Positions 1 through 8,207 of a stretch of 13,418 nt of DNA are shown here, in pieces (the stretch's first letter is position 1; every line of letters starts with the position of its first letter). Source of the stretch: Clostridiales bacterium GWB2_37_7. Its GTDB lineage: Bacteria > Bacillota > Clostridia > Lutisporales > Lutisporaceae. Location of the stretch: NCBI GenBank assembly GCA_001797185.1, contig MGOS01000111.1, positions 11,646-25,063 of the forward strand, read 5' to 3'. Made by a program: the position numbers and the translations under genes. Below the pieces are notes generated by a model. That model was not told the origin of the DNA and did not search any database. It was given only the letters and a program-made list of their open reading frames with translations.

Positions 1-190
1 ATCATGAACTTCCTTGTTGGAAGTCCTCTGGCGTATTATATAAACTGTAATATTGTTCGTAAGCTTCTATCCTAGTATAACCAATTTGGCTGTCTATGAG
101 TCGATACAGGGCTGGTGGATTGCTCCTCATACCCCTCGGTATTGCCGTCGCCTTATACGTTACGGTTTCACCGAAAAAGTCAGATTTTCA

Positions 191-210
191 CTTGTAAATC
201 ACTTTACAAG
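191..210. other. Perfect 8-bp inverted repeat hairpin (CTTGTAAA-TCAC-TTTACAAG) next to the left repeat copy. On the minus strand it is followed by a T-run and is a possible terminator.
   Basis: Self-complementary sequence at 191-198 and 203-210. The minus strand downstream reads TGAAAATCTGACTTTTTCGG. Confidence 0.3.
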
Positions 211-222
211 GCGACTCTATTA

Positions 223-287
223 AATCAAAACCCTGCGTGATAGTGCTTCAACCAAAGCTCGACCAGTGCAGACGGTGATTTTACATT
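223..287. repeat. Left copy of a ~65-bp diverged direct repeat (tRNA-derived sequence), immediately downstream of the giant gene stop
   Basis: AATCAAAACCCTGCGTGATAGTGCTTCAACC...CCAGTGCAGACGGTGATTTTACATT at 223-287 matches 8221-8286 at roughly 80% identity in the same orientation. The segments CCCTGCGTGAT.GTGCTTCAACC and GCAGAC.GTGATTTTACATT are nearly identical. Confidence 0.65.
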
Positions 288-323
288 ATTCTTGCTCTTT
301 CTACTTTTTAAGGTTCAAACATA

Positions 324-3300
324 TTACATCTTCTCAACACCCTTTGTCAGCACGTCAGTCATAACCACTAGTTTTTCATTCAGATCACCGAGCTTAAGGA
401 TCGCCTGACCTATTTTATCTTCACCCTTCATGAGCTTATTTTTCAAGAAGATATCTTTGATCTCCTTCCACCTTGCAGCATCCTGTTCGTTGAGACGTCC
501 GACAATTTCCTTCCACTTAAGCATATTTGCTTCTGCTCCTTTTGTTAAGGTTTGGGAGTCATTTTCATAGGAATTCTCAACCAGCTGCATTAGCTCCGTC
601 TCATCCATTAAGGGTACAATTCTTTCTGCGATTTTGTTCATATTTCTGTAAGAGCCTTGAAGCTTGAAAGGCGGCTCTTTTCTATATTCATCAGCTTGAG
701 CTGCGGAGTAGATGTACTCCATATTAATATCCAGCACTACATCGCGCACCAGAATAAGCTTTTGAATAACAGCAACAAACTCATTTATCTCCTCAACGGA
801 GTATTGACTTTCGAAATCCACACCTTCGCGTTCTCCATTCTGTGCGATATCAATCATTATATATATATCCTTTTGACTTCTGGTTGTAAGCTTGTTTAGA
901 ATCGGATTGGAGGTCAGACAGTTTTCGATATAGCTCAGCTTAAATGCATTCTCATTTTCCCGGAGCATATCTCCAAGGTTATATACATCTGCTCTATTTG
1001 CAAGCATGTCAGGAATTTGGAACTTTTCACCACTTTCGGTGTAAGGATTTCCTGCCATAACAACAGCAAGCTTCTTGCCCCTAAGGTCATAGGTTTGCCC
1101 TACCCCATTATAAACACCTTCAATTTTTCTCTGCCCGTCACACAGAGGAATAAACTTTTGCAGGAACTCCGGGCTGCAGTGTTGGATATCATCGATATAG
1201 ATCATTACATTATTGCCCATTTTGAAAGCTAAGTTCAGCTTTCGCAGTTCTTCCCTTGCTCCTGCATTTTTCGCCATAGCAGGATCCAGTGAGGTTACAT
1301 CATTGCCAATGGCCGGGCCATTGACCTTGACAAGAAAAATGCCAAGACGATTTGCAATATACTCTACAAGAGTCGTTTTCCCATAGCCGGGAGGGGATAT
1401 CAGCAGAAGCATTCCCATTAAGTCCGTTCGCTTATCCTCTCCTGTCGTACCGATCTGTTTTGCCAGATTGTCACCAATCAATGGCAGATACACCTTGTCA
1501 ATTAGTCGATTTCTTACAAAAGAGGATAACACATCTGGCTTAAACTCTTCCAAGCGGATTTCATCTCTAAACCTCTGTGATAGGTCCTTCTTTAAAGTTT
1601 GAAACTCAATAAAGTCACGGACAACAGTTCTGTCATATTCCTTTAGCTTTTTCATAAATTCCGTATAGGAAAGGGTATACGCTCCCCCTTTAAAGCTTGG
1701 ATGGCTGCCAGTCAACTCTTTAATGATCACTTTTGTCTTTCTGTTAATGACTTTAGGGCTGCCACCGCCATCGCATTTATCAACAATCAACATTATGACG
1801 ACTTCATCCATTACGTCAAAGCCCTCATTTAAGCTTGTTTCCTTAAAGAATGCTTTCAGCCATTCCCTGACTAGATAATATGCACCTTCCAAATCTTCTT
1901 CGAAAGCCTTAAGTGACTCTGCAAAAATATCTTGAGCCTTATTCGCTTTCATATGTTGCATGAACTTGCTTTTAGCTTCATCAGCTTCTAGGCTTGCAAC
2001 AAAGGAACCATCACGCATTAATTCCTTGCAAAGATATTCTGAGGCTTCAGAAACAAAGCTCTTATCAATGAATATATAGTTACTGAAAGCCTGATTCATT
2101 TCTGCTGCAATGGTAGAAATGTAGTCTTTTAATCCAGGCTCAGTCTTGAAATACACGCTAATTTTTGCCAGCTCTTTCAACCGTCTGCAGAACTTATCCT
2201 TCATTTCCGAGCCGACTATACAATACCAGTAAAGCTTGGCAATTGCTCTTGATGAAGGACTATAGGTCAAAAGATCAATATTCATATGCAAATCTAAAAG
2301 AACCTTTAGTATTCTATAACAATCTGCATCATGAACACCTTTTGTATATCCCTCTTGATAACGAGGCTCCATAAATTTGCGAATAAACTCCAAAAGCTGG
2401 TCTTCTGTGTATGAATAGAGTGTATCAAGCGTAACGATATCCTTATTTAAAGCGGCTTCAAATATCTTATAAACAAGATACTCTGCGCGGTAAATTTCCT
2501 TGGATTCAGAAAGTACATCCTGATCCCACAAGTAGCGAAACTTTGCCAGTGTATCCGACATTACTTTTTCCCAGAAATCAGTTCCCGATATATGAAAATA
2601 TAGTTCCCCATCTTTTTGTACCATTGATAGCTCAAGCTGTTGAGTATTGTAGGAAAAATAATGTCTGCCAAATTTAATGACATCTTTTCCATGAACAAAA
2701 AGCTCCTGTCTGTCTTTTAGTTGACGGACAGCCTCTTCTTTAATGATCTTTAGCCTGCCCTCTATCTCATCAGCTTTTACACTGTCTCCCAACACCTTCA
2801 GTTGATCTATGATATCTCTTACCTTCTCAATCATGAGATCTGATGCAAGGTAACCGTTAATCTCATTAATGGTATGAAAGCCTTGAAGTCGGCTTGTGAT
2901 TCCGGTCAGTATCCGCTCAGATGTATTAAAAAGAGCAGTAAGCTTTTTATTTCGTTTTTCCAAGACCAGCTGTTTTTTCGCTACAAAGGCGTTATAAAGC
3001 TCTTCCCGCTTTTCATTGAACTTTACAATGAACTCTTCAAAATCAGCAAATTTGCCTTCCAACTCTTCAATCTGCACCATGATCTTGTTCAAATATGAAT
3101 CACATTTCTCTGTGCTGTCTGCAATGTCAAGATAATTGGCTGCTGCTTGGTCCAGGAGCTTCATTTGGGACTGGAATTGTGCAATGCCTTCTTTCTCAGA
3201 AAGCTCTGCCATACGGTTTTTAAGCTTAGCTTTTGCCAGATTTAATAATGAATAAATGGCAGAAATATTTTCTATAATCTCAGTTGTTTTCGTTGGATCT

Positions 3301-5240
3301 TCAATTTTGAAATTGCTTACAATATCAATGAGAAGTTCAAGATCCTGAGAGGATTTGGCCATCTCATTCTCAAGCTCTTTACCTGCAGAAGTCTTTGTAA
3401 TACAAGGTATTTGGCTCTGCTGACTGTCAACTCGTTCAGCATAAGGCTTAAGACCTTCAGGCACCAGCAAAAATTCAGTACATCTTTGAGTAAGCTTTTC
3501 ATTTTTTTCTTTTACTTTCTCTTCTAAAGATTCAACAAGCGCTAAATTTGTATAACGCAAAGTCTTCAGAGAGGCAATTTCTCCCCTTAAAGACCTTAAA
3601 TCTGCTAGAATCTGCACATAGCCTTCAATACTGTCAAAAGTACCATATTCAGCATTCTTTAACAGCACCTGTGCCTTTTCATCTACCTCTTTAATTTGCT
3701 TTTCAGTTGAACGCCTTATTCTTGTAACCTTTTCGAACTCAGCAACTGCTGAAGTGGCAGCCTCTTTTATGCTGCTAAGCACTGCCTTCAAGTTGAAGAC
3801 TTCCACTTTGTCCAGCCAATAATAAGAGTCCATAATGCGCTCCGTGTCTTTAACAATGTCCAGATAAATGCTTGTATAGCTCTCCCCTTTTTGAATAAGA
3901 TTATATACAACCTTGCAATCTGCCATACAGTGAACAATTTCTTTATTGCCTATTTTATATAGAATTGAGTCGCTTTTATTCTCAACTGTATAGCTTTCTC
4001 CTACATATGGAGTTTGCCAAATTTGTATGGTGTGGTTCTTACGAGGCTCATCCTCTCCCTTAAAAATCACCATTTCACCATTCTTAAAGTGTGAGTATCC
4101 TCCGCAAATTATTGGTATTTCTAAAGACTGTTCAATGATATTGTATGTATAAATAAGATATATGCCCGTTTCCATGTTGTAGAAAATGTATTGAAAATCC
4201 TCTCCATTTGGGGCTTCTATTCGCTGCTCAAAAACAAACCCTTCACAGGGCACGTCAAAGAGCTTATACTCACCACTTTGCAGATAATAGCCCTTGGGGA
4301 AGATAAGTCCATGATTATCCGGAAGCAGAACACATGAATCCTTTATCGCATCTATACGAACAACCATCTGAAGCTTTTCATTAAATATGATATAGCGGTA
4401 CTCCTTCTCCCTGTAAGGAAGAATCTTCAAGATTATCAGATTTCCTACCAGAGCATAATATATTTCAGCATCATCAAGAGTCTGGTCCATATCTTCCACA
4501 GGCTCCGAATAGATGCCTTTGCCGGTATCTGTGTTATTCTCCACCTTTATTGTAAGGTCTCCGCCTAAGGTTTCCACAAAGACCCTGTCTTTAATCGAGA
4601 TATGGGGATGTCTGCCCTCCCGATGGTCTTCCCTTTTAACTCTAGCCCAATCAAGCTCGCTTTGTTCCTTCAGTCTTACCTCATGGTCACTCCTGTTGTC
4701 TACGTAGGAAAGCTTTCCATCCTTCATAAGCCATTTAAAGGCTTTGATGTCGAAGGGGCTCTTTCCGGTCTGAAATACCATGTAAAGATAAGGACCAATG
4801 ATTGTAAACTTTGCAAAGAACGTATTTTTATAGTACTTATACAACTCCTTGAAGTCGTTCATAAATTGGTCATTGCAAATAAGCTCTAAGGATTGCTTAT
4901 GAAATGAACCGTCCTTGTATTCATAGATGGAAAAGACGTCAGAAAGCTCAACAGAAGTTTTCAATCCCATATACACGTTATAACCGAAAATAAACAAAGC
5001 TCCCACGGGAGCCATGTCTCGTGGGACGCAGTTGTTTTCAGTAATGATCTTTTCACTGCCGAGTAGGGTTGTCTCAATTGAACCAAACACGCCTCTTCTG
5101 GAACTATTTAATTTATCGAGCTTATCTTTTAGGTCACAGCCAAGTCTGTCGAGTCTGCTCTTGATTAATTCATACGTGCCGTTTTCTATACTTCCGACAG
5201 GGTTTTGCCCGCCTTGTTCAGTCATTTTTAATTCACCCAC
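324..5240 (-). CDS. Giant (1638 aa) multidomain protein with a MoxR/AAA_5-type AAA+ ATPase domain near the C-terminus. It also has a long central coiled-coil segment and an N-terminal beta-rich region of unknown function.
   Basis: One uninterrupted 4.9-kb ORF on the minus strand. Walker A is LLLISPPGYGKTTL (encoded around nt 1375-1400), Walker B is VMIYIDDIQH (nt ~1185-1205), and a sensor motif VVMAGNPYTE follows. These fit MoxR/dynein-like AAA_5 ATPases (GPPGxGKT ... hhhDE ... ATxNP). A long heptad-like K/E/L-rich stretch (aa ~480-800) indicates coiled coil. The start may be GTG at 5240 (SD GAGGTG 9 nt upstream) or the in-frame ATG at 5225 (MTEQ...). The gene lies 17 nt downstream of the flotillin stop, so it is probably co-transcribed. 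Confidence 0.85.
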   Translation of the reverse strand: MGELKMTEQGGQNPVGSIENGTYELIKSRLDRLGCDLKDKLDKLNSSRRGVFGSIETTLLGSEKIITENNCVPRDMAPVGALFIFGYNVYMGLKTSVELSDVFSIYEYKDGSFHKQSLELICNDQFMNDFKELYKYYKNTFFAKFTIIGPYLYMVFQTGKSPFDIKAFKWLMKDGKLSYVDNRSDHEVRLKEQSELDWARVKREDHREGRHPHISIKDRVFVETLGGDLTIKVENNTDTGKGIYSEPVEDMDQTLDDAEIYYALVGNLIILKILPYREKEYRYIIFNEKLQMVVRIDAIKDSCVLLPDNHGLIFPKGYYLQSGEYKLFDVPCEGFVFEQRIEAPNGEDFQYIFYNMETGIYLIYTYNIIEQSLEIPIICGGYSHFKNGEMVIFKGEDEPRKNHTIQIWQTPYVGESYTVENKSDSILYKIGNKEIVHCMADCKVVYNLIQKGESYTSIYLDIVKDTERIMDSYYWLDKVEVFNLKAVLSSIKEAATSAVAEFEKVTRIRRSTEKQIKEVDEKAQVLLKNAEYGTFDSIEGYVQILADLRSLRGEIASLKTLRYTNLALVESLEEKVKEKNEKLTQRCTEFLLVPEGLKPYAERVDSQQSQIPCITKTSAGKELENEMAKSSQDLELLIDIVSNFKIEDPTKTTEIIENISAIYSLLNLAKAKLKNRMAELSEKEGIAQFQSQMKLLDQAAANYLDIADSTEKCDSYLNKIMVQIEELEGKFADFEEFIVKFNEKREELYNAFVAKKQLVLEKRNKKLTALFNTSERILTGITSRLQGFHTINEINGYLASDLMIEKVRDIIDQLKVLGDSVKADEIEGRLKIIKEEAVRQLKDRQELFVHGKDVIKFGRHYFSYNTQQLELSMVQKDGELYFHISGTDFWEKVMSDTLAKFRYLWDQDVLSESKEIYRAEYLVYKIFEAALNKDIVTLDTLYSYTEDQLLEFIRKFMEPRYQEGYTKGVHDADCYRILKVLLDLHMNIDLLTYSPSSRAIAKLYWYCIVGSEMKDKFCRRLKELAKISVYFKTEPGLKDYISTIAAEMNQAFSNYIFIDKSFVSEASEYLCKELMRDGSFVASLEADEAKSKFMQHMKANKAQDIFAESLKAFEEDLEGAYYLVREWLKAFFKETSLNEGFDVMDEVVIMLIVDKCDGGGSPKVINRKTKVIIKELTGSHPSFKGGAYTLSYTEFMKKLKEYDRTVVRDFIEFQTLKKDLSQRFRDEIRLEEFKPDVLSSFVRNRLIDKVYLPLIGDNLAKQIGTTGEDKRTDLMGMLLLISPPGYGKTTLVEYIANRLGIFLVKVNGPAIGNDVTSLDPAMAKNAGAREELRKLNLAFKMGNNVMIYIDDIQHCSPEFLQKFIPLCDGQRKIEGVYNGVGQTYDLRGKKLAVVMAGNPYTESGEKFQIPDMLANRADVYNLGDMLRENENAFKLSYIENCLTSNPILNKLTTRSQKDIYIMIDIAQNGEREGVDFESQYSVEEINEFVAVIQKLILVRDVVLDINMEYIYSAAQADEYRKEPPFKLQGSYRNMNKIAERIVPLMDETELMQLVENSYENDSQTLTKGAEANMLKWKEIVGRLNEQDAARWKEIKDIFLKNKLMKGEDKIGQAILKLGDLNEKLVVMTDVLTKGVEKM

Positions 5241-5257
5241 AGCTCACTACACCTCAT

Positions 5258-7375
5258 TTACTCGTTACTATTCATTTGTTTTGCAAGAAAGCTAGCCGGC
5301 TCATTGGCAAAGCCCGCCTTTTCTGCAGTTTCCAGTAGCTTTACAAGTGCAGGCTTTTCTGATGAATCCGCATACTTCATTGCTTTATGAATAGCAGCTG
5401 AAATTGATAGATTTTTCAAGTCCTCTGAAGTCAGGTTGAATTTTGAAGTCAGTTGTTCCAACTGTGACTTGAAATAATCACCATCACCTGTTATAAAGGT
5501 ATTCTTGATATCACTTAATACCTCACTGTTCTTCACCATACGGTCAACGGATTTGCCTTGGGTAATCGCACCGACGATTTTGTCAAAGAACATTGTCTCT
5601 CCTCCAACAATATCAATAGATGCTGACTTCAAAGCTTCACTTATAACAGAGGCTTGGGCGTCTGCTATATCTTTTTGAATATTTATTTGAGCAAGTTCGA
5701 TTTCCTTCTCTTTATCAAGCTTAAGCTTAAATTCTTCATGACCTCTTCCTGCTTCATCAAGCGCCTTCATACTGGTAGCCTTTTTCGCAATGCCTTCTGC
5801 TTCGGCGTGATATTTTTTGGACATGATATCAACCTCAACAGATCCTGATTTTTCTCTTACAATTACTTTGGCTTCTTCACCCTTAGCTTCCGCCAGGGCT
5901 TTTATTTCGATAGCCTTCGCTTCAGCCTGCGCTGTAGCCTCCAATACTCTTGCCTTTGAGCTGCCTTCCTTCTCTATAGCTGTCGCCTTTGTCTCAATGA
6001 CACGAGCTTCTGCCAAACCGTTAGTTGCTGACTGCACAACTTGAGCATCCGCAAGGATTTTGATTGCTTCTGCTTCCTTTTCTGAAGCTTTCAGCTTGGC
6101 CTCAGACTCAATCACTCTTTGCTGTGCTGCTCTTTCAGCCACTTGCTTTGTTGCCTCTGCATTCTGAACCTCTACAATCAGATTGGACTCTGCTTCTTCC
6201 TGTGCCTTCTTTAAAGCTGCTGCCTTTTGACGTTCCGCTTCAGCAATTACCCTTGTATCTTTAATCTTCTCTTCTTCAATTACTACATCCTTCTCAACTG
6301 CCACACGTTCACGGATAACTGTCTGAATGTTTTTCTTCTCTTCCTCCAGAGTTTTTTCTTTATCAATCTCTGCAAGGGCTACCAATTTTTCTTTATCAAC
6401 TTTCTCTAACAATCTTTTCTTATCAACTCGTTCTGTTTCAACAACCTCTGTACTCTCCTTGGATTTCTGGGCTACAACAATCTGTCTTTGCTTGTTTTCT
6501 TCCGCAATGGCAATATCCTCATCAACTTTGATACGAGCCATTTCAGCCTTTAGCCGCTCTTCTTGAGAAACTTTATCAGTCTCCGCCTTCTCTCTTGCTC
6601 TGATAATTGCGATTTCTCTCTGCTGTCTAGCTTCTGCTTCTTGATGCTGTTTCTCAAGCTCAAGAATAGCCTCACTTGCTACCACATCCTGCTGCTTGAT
6701 GGTTTTTTCCTTGTTTCGCTCAATCTGATTTGCAAGAATCAATTGCTGAGAGGTTAGTTCGGTAATTTTTTTGATACCCTCTGCATCCAGGATATTATTG
6801 GCATTCAGCTTATTTATATCAGTTTGCTCTAAATAATCAATAGCAGCATCATCTAGAACGTAACCATTCAAATCAGTGCCGATAATTTGAAGAATCTCAC
6901 TTTTAAACTTCTCTCTATCGGTGTATAGTTCAACGAAATCAAACTTCTTACCTACAGTCTTCAATGCCTCGGAGAATTTTGCATCGAAGAATTCCATCAG
7001 TGTGCCCGGATCTGAAGCCTTTTGGCATCCCAAGGATTGAGCTACCTTCAGTACGTCCTCTCTGGTCTGGTTGACTCTGACGAAAAATGCAACTCTTATA
7101 TCTGCTCTCATGTTATCCTTACAGATAAGTCCGTCTTTGCCTTCTCTGGAAATCTCAACTCTTTTTACTGAAATATCCATGATTTCTGCTCTGTGTAAAA
7201 TAGGTATCACTAACATGCCGCCAAAGGAAACCATCTGACCTCCTACGCCATTTCTTACGATTACCTTACTTTGTTCTACTTTTTTGTAGAATTTAGCTAT
7301 CAAGGAAATTAATCCTATAACGATTAATACTAAAACGCCAGCAGTTATTAATGTTACTTGTGTCATGTAAGCCAT
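5258..7375 (-). CDS. Flotillin-like SPFH/band-7 domain protein (YqiK/FloT type), 705 aa
   Basis: It has an N-terminal TM helix (LITAGVLVLIVIGLISLIAKFY) followed by a PHB/SPFH domain (VIVRNGVGGQMVSF...RADIRVAFFVRV). A very long E/A/K/Q-rich coiled coil with EA-repeat flotillin character (AEAEAKAIEIKALAEAKGEEAKV) follows. Its start codon overlaps the upstream NfeD gene (ATGGCTTACATGA), indicating translational coupling. Confidence 0.9.
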   Translation of the reverse strand: MAYMTQVTLITAGVLVLIVIGLISLIAKFYKKVEQSKVIVRNGVGGQMVSFGGMLVIPILHRAEIMDISVKRVEISREGKDGLICKDNMRADIRVAFFVRVNQTREDVLKVAQSLGCQKASDPGTLMEFFDAKFSEALKTVGKKFDFVELYTDREKFKSEILQIIGTDLNGYVLDDAAIDYLEQTDINKLNANNILDAEGIKKITELTSQQLILANQIERNKEKTIKQQDVVASEAILELEKQHQEAEARQQREIAIIRAREKAETDKVSQEERLKAEMARIKVDEDIAIAEENKQRQIVVAQKSKESTEVVETERVDKKRLLEKVDKEKLVALAEIDKEKTLEEEKKNIQTVIRERVAVEKDVVIEEEKIKDTRVIAEAERQKAAALKKAQEEAESNLIVEVQNAEATKQVAERAAQQRVIESEAKLKASEKEAEAIKILADAQVVQSATNGLAEARVIETKATAIEKEGSSKARVLEATAQAEAKAIEIKALAEAKGEEAKVIVREKSGSVEVDIMSKKYHAEAEGIAKKATSMKALDEAGRGHEEFKLKLDKEKEIELAQINIQKDIADAQASVISEALKSASIDIVGGETMFFDKIVGAITQGKSVDRMVKNSEVLSDIKNTFITGDGDYFKSQLEQLTSKFNLTSEDLKNLSISAAIHKAMKYADSSEKPALVKLLETAEKAGFANEPASFLAKQMNSNE

Positions 7376-8001
7376 TTGTCAATCACTCCTTCTAGTTTTG
7401 TAATTAAGTAAAAGTCTTTTTCTTCATCTTTTTTCAAGACCAGAACCTCATCTCCCTTTTGAAGCTCTTCGTCCTTTATCGTTTTAACGTTGATAATGAT
7501 TGGACTGCCATCTCTCTTTATCTCCACTTGCCCCAAACGGCCAAATGTCATATCGCAAAGAAGTATTCCTCGCCTGCCTTCAACAATTTCTTGCTCAAAC
7601 TCAGATTTGGTCCCCTTCCTGAATGCTTTTTCCAAGGGACTTAAGATTGCTTTTGTTATCAATGCACTTATTATTAAACTTGGAAGCATAAATATACCTG
7701 CAACGATCCCCCCTGTCTTAAAGGGCAGCAAGTGCATAGCCATTGACAAAACCCAAAAAACTAGAATGATAACGCTGATAACAAATCCTATTGGAATTCG
7801 ACCTATTTTAAAAAATATCATTATGCTATGCAAAGGATCTGAAATAGCATCCACATCAGCATCCACGTCTATGTCAATATCCAAGGAAGACAGATCAAGA
7901 GCGCCAATGGTTACAAACAGCCAATACAAAACAACCAAGCCCAACAAAGTAGTAGGAATAATATTTACACCCTCAACTGCAGTCGTAAAAAGCTCGTTCA
8001 T
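7363..8001 (-). CDS. NfeD-like membrane protein (YqiJ type) encoded upstream of flotillin
   Basis: It has several hydrophobic helices (LLGLVVLYWLFVTIGAL; IGFVISVIILVFWVLSMAMHLL; GIVAGIFMLPSLIISALI). A C-terminal OB-fold-like soluble domain follows (GRRGILLCDMTFGRLGQVEIKRDGSPIIINVKT...GDEVLVLKKD), as is typical of NfeD short homologues partnered with SPFH proteins. The RBS is strong (AAAGGAGAAACGAT before the ATG at 8001). Confidence 0.85.
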   Translation of the reverse strand: MNELFTTAVEGVNIIPTTLLGLVVLYWLFVTIGALDLSSLDIDIDVDADVDAISDPLHSIMIFFKIGRIPIGFVISVIILVFWVLSMAMHLLPFKTGGIVAGIFMLPSLIISALITKAILSPLEKAFRKGTKSEFEQEIVEGRRGILLCDMTFGRLGQVEIKRDGSPIIINVKTIKDEELQKGDEVLVLKKDEEKDFYLITKLEGVIDKWLT

Positions 8002-8043
8002 ATCGTTTCTCCTTTACATATATTTGAAAATATTTACTAATGA

Positions 8044-8072
8044 ATTATAGCATAATTAGGAAATTCTTACAA
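8044..8072 (-). promoter_or_regulatory. Candidate sigma-A promoter for the NfeD-flotillin-AAA+ operon (minus strand: -35 TTGTAA, 17-nt spacer, -10 TATAAT)
   Basis: Plus-strand ATTATA at 8044-8049 reads TATAAT on the minus strand. Plus-strand TTACAA at 8067-8072 reads TTGTAA on the minus strand. The spacing is 17 nt, and the site lies ~45 nt upstream of the NfeD ATG/RBS. Confidence 0.35.
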
Positions 8073-8151
8073 TTATGAATTAAATAGCAACACCGTCATG
8101 ATTATCATTCTATTATGGCACTTTCGCACTTATTCATACAAAAGAACAAAA

Positions 8152-8172
8152 GTCTGTGATGTCGTCCATCAC
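8152..8172 (-). terminator. Hairpin CTGTGATG-TCGTC-CATCACAG, followed on the minus strand by ACTTTTGTTCTTTTGT. It is a candidate intrinsic terminator downstream of the tRNA-like element.
   Basis: 8-bp perfect stem, 5-nt loop and a U-rich tract on the minus strand. It lies ~35 nt downstream (minus sense) of the tRNA-like 3' end. Confidence 0.35.
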
Positions 8173-8207
8173 AGGCTTTCCTATGTAAAAATTGTATTCT
8201 TTTTTAG

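Noticed and set aside
657-5295. Numerous 60-95-aa plus-strand ORFs inside the giant gene (657..899, 1017..1232, 1352..1543, 2165..2374, 2874..3098, 4513..4707, 4602..4889, 5014..5295) and one minus-strand ORF at 3317..3502
   Set aside because: They lie antisense or out of frame within a long, clearly coding ORF with recognisable ATPase motifs. They have no RBS and their composition is low-complexity, so they are shadow ORFs.
5654-6757. Plus-strand ORFs antisense to the flotillin gene (5654..5848, 5817..6044, 6064..6264, 6227..6409, 6327..6566, 6563..6757)
   Set aside because: They are artefacts of the repetitive GAA/GCT-rich coiled-coil coding sequence. Their products are L/S/F-rich and lack RBSs.
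7459-8050. Plus-strand ORFs 7459..7644 and 7490..8050 (186 aa) antisense to the NfeD-like gene
   Set aside because: The NfeD-like frame has the characteristic TM-plus-OB-fold architecture and a strong RBS. The antisense ORF extends into the promoter region and shows no motif, so it is a shadow ORF.
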